In this document: positions 9,572 to 19,342 of the stretch, piece by piece
Layout of the letters: each line of letters opens with the position of its first letter
Numbering within the stretch: the stretch's first letter is position 1
DNA from: Chthoniobacter flavus
GTDB lineage: Bacteria > Verrucomicrobiota > Verrucomicrobiia > Chthoniobacterales > Terrimicrobiaceae
Assembly: GCA_945903555.1 (NCBI GenBank)
Contig: CAMDOJ010000001.1
Span: 1-51,869, forward strand
DNA: 51,869 bases
Direction: 5' to 3'
Position numbers and translations under genes: made by a program
Notes under the pieces: model-generated
The model's input: only the letters and a program-made list of their open reading frames with translations
Database searches by the model: none
Told to the model about the DNA's origin: nothing

Positions 9572-10782
9572 ATCAAATGGAGTTTTCTGCTTATGGAACT
9601 AATGAATCGATTCAAAAAGGATTCCTGAGGATAATCGGTATCGACGGCGTGCGCGTATTTCACCAGTCCGATGCAGGTTGAAAGTTGAGGGTTATCAAAT
9701 GCCGATGTCGGTCCTGTGACGGATTGGGCATGGGCAAAGTGAACCGGCACTTCGAACACGCTTTCCGCCACCTCGCGGACTCCCTTAATGAGGCTGCAAC
9801 CTCCGGTGAGGATGATCCCTGATCCTAGAAGTCGGATGGGAACGACATCTTGAATCCGGTTGCGGAGAATTCCAAAAAGTTCGTGCAGTCGAGAGTGGAT
9901 GATGTGGTTGAGCATGCTGCGATCGATTTCTTTGCCTGAAAAGCCGGTGTCGTTTTTCAGCGTGATCTTTTCAGCGCCTGCAAAGTTTTCCAAACTGGCC
10001 GATCCCTCTTCAATTTTGAGTTTCTCGGCGCGGGTGATCGGAATTCGTAGACCGATGCAGAGGTCGTTCGTAATATGGTCACCCCCGATAGCAATCACTC
10101 CGCTTTGTCTAACAACGCCGTTGTGATAAACGATGTAGTCCGTCACTCCGCCCCCGATATCAATAACAACAACACCGGATGCCTTTTTCTGGTCATCCAA
10201 AATAATCTGGGCGGACGCCACGGAGTTCACCACCACGTCTTCAACGTCGATACCGATCTTACGCACGCAGCGGATGGTGCTTTGGATGCGATTGACGACA
10301 CCATGAATGATGTGGTAATCGGCCTCCAGTTTCGATCCCCCGATCCCTATTGGATCTATGACTCCATCACGCCCATCGACGTAATATTGCTGTAAGATCG
10401 AGTGAAGGATATCGTTTTCCTTTGGGAGAATGACCTCTTTGTCCTTCGAGGCGATGTCTTCGATTTCCTTTTCCGTAATCTCGCCCCCGCCCTCAATGGT
10501 GACCGAGCGGCGGTGGTTTGAACTTTCGATGTGGCTACCTGTGACTGCGAGCCAGACGCTTTTGATCTCGTGATCGCTCCTTTCCTCGGCATCGGAAAGG
10601 GCGTCGTGGACACAATTTGAAGCATTCTGAAAATCCACGATCTCACCTTTGCGGACCCCTCTGGATGGGCTTTCGCCAACACCAAGCAGCCGTACTTCGC
10701 CATCTCTGCGGCACTCTGCCACGATAGCACAAACTTTCGTCGTTCCGATTTCTAGGCCGACATGGATTTTTTCGCGTGCCAT
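9568..10782 (-). CDS. ftsA: Cell division protein FtsA.
   Basis: The actin-like ATPase motifs are VGLEIGTTKVCAIV, VVVIDIGGGVTD and GIILTGGCSL. It sits between ftsQ and ftsZ. Confidence 0.93.
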   Translation of the reverse strand: MAREKIHVGLEIGTTKVCAIVAECRRDGEVRLLGVGESPSRGVRKGEIVDFQNASNCVHDALSDAEERSDHEIKSVWLAVTGSHIESSNHRRSVTIEGGGEITEKEIEDIASKDKEVILPKENDILHSILQQYYVDGRDGVIDPIGIGGSKLEADYHIIHGVVNRIQSTIRCVRKIGIDVEDVVVNSVASAQIILDDQKKASGVVVIDIGGGVTDYIVYHNGVVRQSGVIAIGGDHITNDLCIGLRIPITRAEKLKIEEGSASLENFAGAEKITLKNDTGFSGKEIDRSMLNHIIHSRLHELFGILRNRIQDVVPIRLLGSGIILTGGCSLIKGVREVAESVFEVPVHFAHAQSVTGPTSAFDNPQLSTCIGLVKYAHAVDTDYPQESFLNRFISSISRKLHLI

Positions 10783-11741
10783 CAGTTTTTCTTTCCTCTC
10801 GTTTTTTGCTGTGTGAATTTGGGTTTTTCGGAAATCTGCTGGCGTTTTGGGGTGGTGGGTAGTGAAGCCATTACAAATTTAACGGCTGTGTTTTTCTTTG
10901 CCATCAAGTTGACGGATTCGAGTTGCCTTCCGGTATCGCGGCAATGCTCGAGGAGTCGTCGGAGTTTTTCGATTTGAGTGGGAAAATCATCGGAGGCGAA
11001 TTTGATATGTGTATTTTGATCGGTGATAGCGTCGATACAGTAGCCCTTGCTGATATTGAGCGATCGAATCACGAGTAGCGAATCTACAGAAGTGCGAGCG
11101 ATGGATAGAAGGGTGAGAGCCTTCTTGAGATCGTCGTTATGCAGGGATTCGCGGTCTCCGATCTCGGCAGAGTTGACGCCGTATATCACTGGTAACTGAT
11201 GGTGCGATGTGGTGATCAAAAGGGGTTTCATGAGAAAACCGCTCGCATCGACCAATTCCATGCTCGTTGGATTGTATGGCGTCGAGGGATCCGAGGCCGA
11301 GGTAACCCAAGCCACCGGAACTCGTGAGGTGAGGGTGATCTTGACTGTCGAAGGGAGAATGCGCTCGATTAAGACGTCAGCCACCATAGGAATCGACCGG
11401 AGTGACTTTTCCGTGCCTGCCAGATCGATGCTAAAAATATTTTCACCGACTTCAATGCCAGTTCTGGCTATGAGATCCTCTCCGGTGATCACGTCATCCA
11501 GTTTGAGGTTGAGTTCGCGAAGGTTGTAGGCTGGGTTGCAATAAAAGAATTTGTCCAAGGCCTTGTTCGTGCCATACCAAGCCACTCCACAGAGTAGAGC
11601 CACTACGATTCCCAAGAGAGATAGTTTCGCCGCAATTTCCTGCCGCTTGCGCCGTGCGGTGGTCGCGCGAATCCTGACATTGAGCAACTGCCGCCCCCTG
11701 CTGGATCTCCTCACACCTTCATCTCTCGGTCCGATATTCAT
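10782..11741 (-). CDS. ftsQ: Cell division protein FtsQ/DivIB-like (bitopic, POTRA-type periplasmic domain).
   Basis: It has a basic cytoplasmic N-terminus, a single TM (LSLLGIVVALLCGVAWY) and a ~250-aa periplasmic domain. It lies at the conserved position between ddl and ftsA. Confidence 0.75.
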   Translation of the reverse strand: MNIGPRDEGVRRSSRGRQLLNVRIRATTARRKRQEIAAKLSLLGIVVALLCGVAWYGTNKALDKFFYCNPAYNLRELNLKLDDVITGEDLIARTGIEVGENIFSIDLAGTEKSLRSIPMVADVLIERILPSTVKITLTSRVPVAWVTSASDPSTPYNPTSMELVDASGFLMKPLLITTSHHQLPVIYGVNSAEIGDRESLHNDDLKKALTLLSIARTSVDSLLVIRSLNISKGYCIDAITDQNTHIKFASDDFPTQIEKLRRLLEHCRDTGRQLESVNLMAKKNTAVKFVMASLPTTPKRQQISEKPKFTQQKTRGKKN

Positions 11742-12661
11742 TATCTTTGTTTCTTTGCCATTGAGAGACCTGCGATTTCCTCGCAGAGGGAAGGGTAGTC
11801 GAGTCCAGCCACGGCTGCCGCTTTGGGAAGGAGGCTCAGCTCTGTCATTCCGGGGATGGTGTTGATTTCCAAAACACTCATTGATCCATCTGGCGCGAGT
11901 AGGATGTCCACGCGAGAATAAACTTCTAGGTCAAGGGCATGGTGCGCAGCCAGAGCGGTTTCTTGAATGCGGAGCGCAAGTTCCGAGCTTAGCGGAGCTG
12001 GCACAAAATACTCGGAGGCTCCGCTGGTGTATTTGTTGTCGTAATCGTAAAAGCCATCTTTAGGAACAATTTCGACCACTGGCAGCGCGGCGTTGCCCAA
12101 AATGCCCACGGTTAATTCTCGCCCTGAAAAAAATGCCTCCACCAGAACTTCATCTCCATATTTGAAGCAATCCTCCAACGCCGCAGCTAAAGACTCAGGC
12201 TTACGTACGATATGGACTCCGACACTGGATCCCTGTTGAGGGGCCTTAACGACATAGGGGGGGGCCATTCGGGGGCTTTGCCCTACACGAATCGAATGCC
12301 AAGTCGATGTGGGGACGCCGGCACGGTCGAAGCATTCCTTGGTTCGGATTTTATCGAAGGCCGCGCGACTCCCATTGATGCCTTCACCGGTGTAGGCGAT
12401 GCCGCGTTGACTCAGGATTTCCTGAATCTGTCCGTCTTCACCGAAAGTGCCATGGATGATATTGAATGCGAGTTCGGTGTCATCTGGGAGATCGAAATCT
12501 GGGCTAGTGACATCGATTTCGTGTACTTTTGCGCCGCAGATCTGGAGGGCCTTTGCGACAGCAGTCCCAGAACGCAGCGACACTTCGCGTTCTTTTCCTG
12601 GCCCCCCTTTGAGCAGGGCAACCGACTTACCTTTCAAAATTCCGGAATACATTTGTCTCAT
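11741..12661 (-). CDS. ddl: D-alanine--D-alanine ligase.
   Basis: The ATP-grasp Ddl motifs are LLKGGPGKEREVSLRSG, FNIIHGTFGEDGQIQ, VVKAPQQGSSVGV and LEINTIPGMT. Confidence 0.93.
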   Translation of the reverse strand: MRQMYSGILKGKSVALLKGGPGKEREVSLRSGTAVAKALQICGAKVHEIDVTSPDFDLPDDTELAFNIIHGTFGEDGQIQEILSQRGIAYTGEGINGSRAAFDKIRTKECFDRAGVPTSTWHSIRVGQSPRMAPPYVVKAPQQGSSVGVHIVRKPESLAAALEDCFKYGDEVLVEAFFSGRELTVGILGNAALPVVEIVPKDGFYDYDNKYTSGASEYFVPAPLSSELALRIQETALAAHHALDLEVYSRVDILLAPDGSMSVLEINTIPGMTELSLLPKAAAVAGLDYPSLCEEIAGLSMAKKQR

Positions 12662-14946
12662 AAATCCACTCCCACGATTTGAACCTCGGTTTCGAGAGAG
12701 ATACCTCTGTCTCGCTCCGCTGCTATCTGGATTTCGTGGATGAGAGTCAGCACATCCTTTGCTGTAGCGCCTCCATCGTTTACGATGAAGTTACCATGGA
12801 TGTCAGATACCCTTGCCGATCCGACAGCAAAACTTTTAAATCCCAGTTCCTCGATTAATTTTCCAGCAGGAATATTTTCTGGGTTCTTAAAGATGCAACC
12901 GGCACTCGCAGCGACAGGTTGGCTTTGCCGGCGCTTCGCCATTGATTGAGCGATCACCGTATCGATCGCGGATTTCGATCCGGCATGTCCGCGCATCACT
13001 GCCGAGAGCGCATAGTTCTGACGAAGTGTTGGCACGTTGCGATAGTGGACGTCCATTTCCTTCGGGGTTTTCACAAAAATATTACCGTCTTGATCGCAGT
13101 AGCGGACGCGGACGATCTGGTCGAACGTTTGGACACCCATCGCGCCGGCATTCATGCGAAGTCCGCCACCAAGATTTCCTGGAATGCCCTCCATCCACTC
13201 AAAGCCCGCGATATCGGCATTGCGGGCAAGTGCGCTGAGTTGCTTGAACTTGACTCCCACGCCTGCCGAGATTTCCACCCCATTCACTTCATGGAGCTGG
13301 AATTCCCCGCGTGAAAGATAGGCGACCACACCAGGTATGCCTCCATCTCTGACCAGCAGGTTCGATCCGCGCCCCATGACCATAAAGGGGATGTCCTCAT
13401 CGAAGCAGTGACTAACAAGATCGGCAAATCCTTCTTCAGTCTCGGGCTCCACCCAGTATTGCGCGGGTCCGCCTATCCGCATCGTTGTGTGCTTCGATAG
13501 GGGTTCATAAAGGCGAATCGTCCCCTCGCGCATGATCCCCTGTAATCGGGACTTGATTTGTAAATCCTTCGCAAGGCGTTTCGCAGCCTCATGGATATTG
13601 CCTGCACCCAAAGTGATGATTAGGTCACCATCCTCAAGCACACTGGCCGCCGCTTGATGGATCTTATTTAAATCAGCAACATGAACAGCTGAGGGATGAC
13701 CGTGTGCGATCATCGCGTCCACAACGGTCTGGCCGGAGATGCCTGTAATAGGCTTTTCGCTTGCCGGATAAATGTCGGCTACAAAAACATGGTCAGCTAA
13801 GTCGAAGGCGCGTCCGAATTCCTCTTTGAGTCCCTGTGTGCGGGTGTAGCGATGGGGTTGAAATATGGCCACGACGCGCTTGTGTCGGCCGGTTCGGGCC
13901 GTGGCCAGAGTCGCGGCGATCTCCGTGGGATGGTGTCCGTAATCATCGATAATGAGGTTTTTCTCGGATTCATAAATGACCTCGAATCTGCGTTTGGCTC
14001 CACGAAATGTGGCAAGGGAAGCGGCCATCTTTTCGAAGGGAACGCCGATTTCTGATCCCAGCGCAATGACGGAGAGGGCATTGACGGCATTGTGAACGCC
14101 CGGGATGTTGAGGATGATTCTTCCAAGAGTGACGCCCTGACGCTGCACATTGAACTCGGACTTGAAGTGGGCCGTCGTTAAATCAGTGATTCTGTAATAG
14201 GCGGATTCTGATTGGCCATATGAGATGGCTTGGGGATTGCTACTGCAAACTCGGCGCGAACCTTCATCATCCGCACAATAAAAAATGTTCCCGCTCGTCT
14301 GTGACGTCAATTTGGAATAAACAGCGTCAATTGCGCTCAGATCCTTGTAAAAATCAAGGTGCTCGGGCTCAATATTGAGAACGATAGCGTGGTGGGGATG
14401 GTAATTAATCAAGGTGCCATCACTCTCGTCACCTTCGGCAACAAAGTATTCCCCCTCGGAATCCCATCTGGCATTGGTTCCAAGAATGGGAATTTCCGCG
14501 CCAACGTAGTGGGATGGCTTAAGACCACCTCCGCGCAAGACATGTGCGGCCATCGCAGAAGTGGTGGTTTTTCCATGCATGCCGCAAACAACGATCCCCT
14601 TGCGGGACGCCATCATGGCAGCGAGAGAATCCGCCCTCCGGGCCATTGGAATTCCGAGATGGACAGCTTCGTCGAATGCTGGGTTGCCAGCTTTGATGGC
14701 CGATGAATACAAGACAATCTCAGCATCGCTCACGCACTCGGCGGAGTGAGGGGAGTGGAATCTAAGCCCTTTTTTCTGAAGGCGATCGATTTCAATCGTA
14801 TCTACTTTGTCGGAGCCGCTCACATGATGTCCGAGTCCGAGAAGGAGCGCGGCAATACCGCTCATGCCCGAGCCAGCCACGCCGATCAGGTGGATGCGGA
14901 GAGGGGTGCCTGAAGTGAGTGCAGCGCGAAGGTCTTCCGCTTTCAC
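12658..14946 (-). CDS. murC-murB: Bifunctional fusion: UDP-N-acetylmuramate--L-alanine ligase (N-terminal) plus UDP-N-acetylenolpyruvoylglucosamine reductase (C-terminal).
   Basis: The first ~460 aa are MurC-like (IHLIGVAGSGMSGIA, GMHGKTTTSAM, DDYGHHPTEI). The rest is MurB-like (LSKHTTMRIGGPAQYW, GRGSNLLVRDGG, GSARVSDIHGNFIVN). It uses a GTG start that overlaps the murG stop. Confidence 0.93.
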   Translation of the reverse strand: MKAEDLRAALTSGTPLRIHLIGVAGSGMSGIAALLLGLGHHVSGSDKVDTIEIDRLQKKGLRFHSPHSAECVSDAEIVLYSSAIKAGNPAFDEAVHLGIPMARRADSLAAMMASRKGIVVCGMHGKTTTSAMAAHVLRGGGLKPSHYVGAEIPILGTNARWDSEGEYFVAEGDESDGTLINYHPHHAIVLNIEPEHLDFYKDLSAIDAVYSKLTSQTSGNIFYCADDEGSRRVCSSNPQAISYGQSESAYYRITDLTTAHFKSEFNVQRQGVTLGRIILNIPGVHNAVNALSVIALGSEIGVPFEKMAASLATFRGAKRRFEVIYESEKNLIIDDYGHHPTEIAATLATARTGRHKRVVAIFQPHRYTRTQGLKEEFGRAFDLADHVFVADIYPASEKPITGISGQTVVDAMIAHGHPSAVHVADLNKIHQAAASVLEDGDLIITLGAGNIHEAAKRLAKDLQIKSRLQGIMREGTIRLYEPLSKHTTMRIGGPAQYWVEPETEEGFADLVSHCFDEDIPFMVMGRGSNLLVRDGGIPGVVAYLSRGEFQLHEVNGVEISAGVGVKFKQLSALARNADIAGFEWMEGIPGNLGGGLRMNAGAMGVQTFDQIVRVRYCDQDGNIFVKTPKEMDVHYRNVPTLRQNYALSAVMRGHAGSKSAIDTVIAQSMAKRRQSQPVAASAGCIFKNPENIPAGKLIEELGFKSFAVGSARVSDIHGNFIVNDGGATAKDVLTLIHEIQIAAERDRGISLETEVQIVGVDL

Positions 14947-16061
14947 TTGGTGGCCCCCCTTACGGCTTTTTCCATCACATCGGCGACATTCGACGCGGCG
15001 GTGCTGGGGGCGATCTTTCGCGCTGTTGCGGACATTTTTTCCCGGCGTGCGCTGTCATTCAGGAGATTGGTAACCATCTCGGCGAAGGATTCGGGGTTGG
15101 CTTCTTTTTCAGCGACCAATTCTGCGGCTCCGGCTTGGGAGTAAATCTCAGCATTGGCTTTCTGATGGTCGTCCGTTGCAAATGGGTAGGGGATGAGAAT
15201 AGAAGGAAGTCCGAACTGAGAAATCTCACTTAAACTGGATGCTCCTGCTCGTGATATAACAAGATCCGAGGCTGAATAGGCCTCTTCCATGCGATGATGA
15301 AACGGCGCTACATAATGGGAAATGTTATCCCGTTGGTAATTCGCCGCAGCAAGGCGGTCATCATTTTTTCCTGTTAGATGGATGATTTGGATGCCAGACC
15401 CAGAGAGAAGCGGCGCGCTTTTAAAGAGGAGTTGGTTGATGCCGCTTGCACCCTGACTGCCGCCTGTGACTAAAAGTGTCTGACGTGTGGGATCGAGACC
15501 AAACACCTTCATTGCCTCTGCCCTTTCGAGTGGGTGGCCAAGGTTTCGTCGAACAGGAGTACCCGTATTGATGCAGTGAGCAGAAGGGAACCGCTGACGA
15601 CTTTCTTCAAACCCTATCAGTACCGAGGTGGCGAATTTGGCTGCGAGACGGTTTGCTCGGCCGGGGATAGCATTCGACTCGTGAACAAAGCAAGGCAGGC
15701 CCTTTAATCGCGCAGCCAGGATTGGTGCGGTCGAAGTGAAGCCTCCCATGCCCAGCACCACGGAAGGTCGGAATTTACGATAAATCTTTTTGCACTGGCT
15801 GTAGCTTTCCCAGAAGCGTCGGATAAATCCCACAAATGCAGGAGATAGGATATTGCTGGGCAATCCTACCGAAGGCAATTTTTCCGCTCGAAACTCGGGA
15901 TGGTCACGTAGAGCGGTTGTATCGATTTCCTTTTCCGAAACGAAAAGTAAAACCTCATGACCACGTTCATGCAAAGTCTCTGCAACCGCCAAGCCTGGGA
16001 ATAAATGCCCGCCAGTGCCGCCGCATGCGATGACTGCTCTAAATGGGTTTTGTTGGCTCAT
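14943..16061 (-). CDS. murG: Lipid II-forming UDP-GlcNAc transferase MurG.
   Basis: ACGGTGGHLFPGLAVAE and LLVTGGSQGASGIN match the glycosyltransferase 28 family, and the gene is in the dcw context. Confidence 0.93.
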   Translation of the reverse strand: MSQQNPFRAVIACGGTGGHLFPGLAVAETLHERGHEVLLFVSEKEIDTTALRDHPEFRAEKLPSVGLPSNILSPAFVGFIRRFWESYSQCKKIYRKFRPSVVLGMGGFTSTAPILAARLKGLPCFVHESNAIPGRANRLAAKFATSVLIGFEESRQRFPSAHCINTGTPVRRNLGHPLERAEAMKVFGLDPTRQTLLVTGGSQGASGINQLLFKSAPLLSGSGIQIIHLTGKNDDRLAAANYQRDNISHYVAPFHHRMEEAYSASDLVISRAGASSLSEISQFGLPSILIPYPFATDDHQKANAEIYSQAGAAELVAEKEANPESFAEMVTNLLNDSARREKMSATARKIAPSTAASNVADVMEKAVRGATK

Positions 16062-17197
16062 GCTCGGGGTTCAATGTGGGGCCGAAGTAGTGTCGGGGCA
16101 GAGAGGGATTCGAACGGTTTGCCCTGTAGGTGGATATTCACGATCAGCCCGATGAGTAGCATGCAGATGCAAAGATTTGAGCCCCCGTAGCTAATGAACG
16201 GGAGGGGCATTCCTTTATTAGGTAAAAGGGAAGTGGTGACACCAATATTGACCGCCGCTTGAAGGGTGATCATCACAACCGATCCGAATCCCAGAAGCAT
16301 GCCGAAGCGGTCTTTTGCATTGATGGCCACGAGTGCTCCACACAGACAGATGCAAAGGTAGGCAGCAACAGTGAGAGTGGTAAATATCAGGCCCAGTTCC
16401 TCGCCCACCATCGGAAAAATAAAGTCGGTGTGCGCGTAGGGAAGGTAGAGCATTTTTTGGCGGCCTTCTCCGAGGCCCAACCCACCGAATCCGCCGGAAC
16501 CAAAGGCGATGAGGGCTTGCCATTGTTGAAGACCTTCGCCGAGGGCGTATTTTTCAGGCTCCATAAATGCCAGCAGGCGCCCGTGGCGTTCCGATATATT
16601 AAAAGCCAGAAAAGCCATGCCAGCTAGGCCTACGGCAATGAGTGTTCCCATCCATCGCAACGAGGCTCCGGCAACAAACATAACGGTAACGGCCGTGCCG
16701 CCGATGAGCGCGGTGTTGCCAATGTCGATCTCAAGAAGAATGAGAGTCATAAGCGATGCCAGAATTCCCATCGGGTAAAGGAGTCCTGATCTGAATTCTT
16801 TAAAAGAGATGTCGGTTCGTGAATACCACCAGGCCAGAAAGAAAAGCGATGCCACCTTGGCGAGTTCGCTGGGCTGGAATGTCATGCCGATATTGATCCA
16901 GCGGGAAGATCCATTGATTCGCATGCCGATCGGAGGGATGAAACAAAGGATAAGAAGAAAGGCTGCCAAACCAAAAAATGCCCACCAGAATTTCTGCCAA
17001 AGATGATAATCAAAGTAGGCGAAGACGATAGCTACTGCGGATGCGATGCATAACCACATGCATTGCCGCTTTACAAAAAAGTACATGTCTCCATGGCTGT
17101 CACGTGCGAAGGCACTGGTGCTGAAAAGCATCACCAATCCTAATGCAATGAGACCCGCCACCGATAATAGCAGGAGATATATCGCGTTTCTTTGCAT
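16058..17197 (-). CDS. ftsW: SEDS-family peptidoglycan polymerase / lipid II flippase FtsW.
   Basis: It is a polytopic membrane protein with FQPSELAKV, HTDFIF and LPNKGMPLPFISYGGS motifs, at the dcw position. Confidence 0.9.
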   Translation of the reverse strand: MQRNAIYLLLLSVAGLIALGLVMLFSTSAFARDSHGDMYFFVKRQCMWLCIASAVAIVFAYFDYHLWQKFWWAFFGLAAFLLILCFIPPIGMRINGSSRWINIGMTFQPSELAKVASLFFLAWWYSRTDISFKEFRSGLLYPMGILASLMTLILLEIDIGNTALIGGTAVTVMFVAGASLRWMGTLIAVGLAGMAFLAFNISERHGRLLAFMEPEKYALGEGLQQWQALIAFGSGGFGGLGLGEGRQKMLYLPYAHTDFIFPMVGEELGLIFTTLTVAAYLCICLCGALVAINAKDRFGMLLGFGSVVMITLQAAVNIGVTTSLLPNKGMPLPFISYGGSNLCICMLLIGLIVNIHLQGKPFESLSAPTLLRPHIEPRA

Positions 17198-17218
17198 TTC
17201 TTAGAGAGAAGCGGCTAA

Positions 17219-17998
17219 TTAAGGTACTTTGATTGTTTGTCCGATCTTGAGTTTGCGGGGATCATCAATGTTATTCGCCTTCATGAGCGTCTCTTGGGAG
17301 ACCTTGAGTTTTTTGGCTATTGAAATCGGTGTGTCACCCTTTGCCACAATGTAGCTGGATTTTGTTGCGGTATCCTTTTCGGGAGCCGCCTCTGTTTTGG
17401 GTTGGGGCTTGGCTGAAACGATTTCGGTGACTTTGACTGGTGGAGCCTTCGCGACGATCAAGGGTGCTGTTGTATTACCTGCGGTTGGTTTTTTTTCTGC
17501 TTCGGCCGTCTTGAGCATACTTCCCACTGTCAATACCTGACCCACATGAAGAACCGCTCCAGGTGCGAGTTCGTTGAGTTTTTCAATGTTAGCAATACTC
17601 GTATTCGATTTCGATGCGATGCGTTTCAAGGTATCACCGGCGACCACTGTATAGGTCTTCGGGATCGTTGCTGGCTTTTCGGCAACGACCGGTGGATTTT
17701 TTGCGGCGAGGGTATCTGCTTCGACTTTTTGGGTAGCGGCGAGAGCTTCTGCTTTGGCTGCGCTTTTAGCTTTCGAATGTTCTTTGAATTGGCTGAAGCC
17801 GTAAATGCCGCCCACGGCAATGACGTGGAGAACAAGGACAACAAAGAAGGCTTGTGAAAGCTTCATTCCTGGTTCGCTCTCGGTCTCGTAGTCTTCGATT
17901 TCACTGGTTTTCGATGCTGCCCGAGCATGGAGTTTCTTGCGTTGTACAATACGACCGGTCGTGCGTTTGGGTGCAGGTTGGGATTTCCAGATTTGCAT
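17219..17998 (-). CDS. Bitopic membrane protein with two periplasmic LysM peptidoglycan-binding domains.
   Basis: It has a basic N-terminus and a TM (AFFVVLVLHVIAVGGIYGF). LysM1 is YTVVAGDTLKRIASKSNTSIANIEKLNEL...GQVLTV and LysM2 is YIVAKGDTPISIAKKLKVSQETLMKANNI...GQTIKVP. Confidence 0.8.
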   Translation of the reverse strand: MQIWKSQPAPKRTTGRIVQRKKLHARAASKTSEIEDYETESEPGMKLSQAFFVVLVLHVIAVGGIYGFSQFKEHSKAKSAAKAEALAATQKVEADTLAAKNPPVVAEKPATIPKTYTVVAGDTLKRIASKSNTSIANIEKLNELAPGAVLHVGQVLTVGSMLKTAEAEKKPTAGNTTAPLIVAKAPPVKVTEIVSAKPQPKTEAAPEKDTATKSSYIVAKGDTPISIAKKLKVSQETLMKANNIDDPRKLKIGQTIKVP

Positions 17999-18004
17999 AT
18001 TTAT

Positions 18005-19336
18005 TTATTGGTTGTTTTTTGGGTTTAGTTTTTTAACGAGTGATTTGAAAATATTCCCGCGTTCCCCATAGTTGCGGAACATGTCGAAGGATGAAGTGCC
18101 TGGAGAAAAGAGAACCGCATCGCCAGGTTGTGCCAATTTTGAGGCGAGTGAAACGGCTTCCTCGAGTGTGTCCACAGGATGGCATTGGGTTTGCTGCCAG
18201 GATGCGGCTATGCGGTGCCTCATTTCTCCGATCAGAATTACTGCTCGCGATTTATCATGAACAAGGCCGCTGTTTTCCTCGAACCCAAATCCCTTGTCTT
18301 TTCCTCCCGCGATGAGGATGAGCGGACGGGTTTGCGATCGGATTGCCATTTGCATGGCGTCGAGATTGGTGGCCTTGGAGTCATTGATCCATTTCACTCC
18401 GTCCATCTCGCGGATAAATTCACATCGGTGCACGGGTGGAGTGTAGTTGGCGACGGCCGAGGCCATGCTTCCGAGATCCATATGCAGGGCTATACCGATG
18501 CCTAGTGCCGCCATGATGTTTTCGGCGTTGTGAATGCCGTGCAGGTGCGTAGTTTCCTGATCAATGACTGGGTTGCCATGAAAATGGATTGTCGTGTTCT
18601 TTAAAGTGAAATCTGCTTCATCCTTTACGGCGCTGAAGGTAATTATTTTGGCAGGGGTGGATAGCGGTACGGACTGGGCATTAATGACCAAGGTATCCTC
18701 GGCGGTGAGGTTTTCGAGAATACGGAGTTTTGCATCACGGTATTCATCCGCGCTCGCGTAGCGATCGAGATGATTGGGGCTGAAGTTGAGCCAAGCCGCC
18801 ACTTTCGGATGGAATGACTTTACCGTTTCGAGTTGGAAAGAACTCACTTCAAGAACCATCACATCAAGGTTCTGGCTTTGTCTAACCGCCTTGGCGAAGG
18901 GGAGACCAATATTTCCACTTGCCATGGTTCGGATTCCACATTGCAGGAGAATATGAGTGCAGAGTTCGGTGGTGGTTGTTTTTCCGTTTGTGCCTGTAAT
19001 GGCGACGACTGGGCAAGTGCATTCCTGAAAAGCCAACTCGAGTTCTCCAATGATAGGGATTCCTTTAGCCACGACATTTCGAACTAGGGGAGCGGTGGGT
19101 TCGATTCCTGGACTCAAAATGGCGACATCGTAGTTTGCTGGGTCGATATCGGCTTCCGGGCCGATGAGTACATTTGCGCCCCGCTTTTGTAGATCCTCAC
19201 CTTTGGCCCGAATGGCCGGTGAGTCGACTGATTCACTAACGGTGACTTGGGCACCCTCTTCGATCAAAAGCGTAGCCGCTGCCTCGCCACTATGGCCGAG
19301 ACCCAGAACTACCGCTTTTTTTCCACTATGAATCAT
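18005..19336 (-). CDS. murD: UDP-N-acetylmuramoylalanine--D-glutamate ligase.
   Basis: The Mur ligase fold shows VLGLGHSGEAAA and ITGTNGKTTTTEL, and the gene sits at the dcw position between mraY and ftsW. Confidence 0.93.
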   Translation of the reverse strand: MIHSGKKAVVLGLGHSGEAAATLLIEEGAQVTVSESVDSPAIRAKGEDLQKRGANVLIGPEADIDPANYDVAILSPGIEPTAPLVRNVVAKGIPIIGELELAFQECTCPVVAITGTNGKTTTTELCTHILLQCGIRTMASGNIGLPFAKAVRQSQNLDVMVLEVSSFQLETVKSFHPKVAAWLNFSPNHLDRYASADEYRDAKLRILENLTAEDTLVINAQSVPLSTPAKIITFSAVKDEADFTLKNTTIHFHGNPVIDQETTHLHGIHNAENIMAALGIGIALHMDLGSMASAVANYTPPVHRCEFIREMDGVKWINDSKATNLDAMQMAIRSQTRPLILIAGGKDKGFGFEENSGLVHDKSRAVILIGEMRHRIAASWQQTQCHPVDTLEEAVSLASKLAQPGDAVLFSPGTSSFDMFRNYGERGNIFKSLVKKLNPKNNQ

Positions 19337-19342
19337 TTTTTG

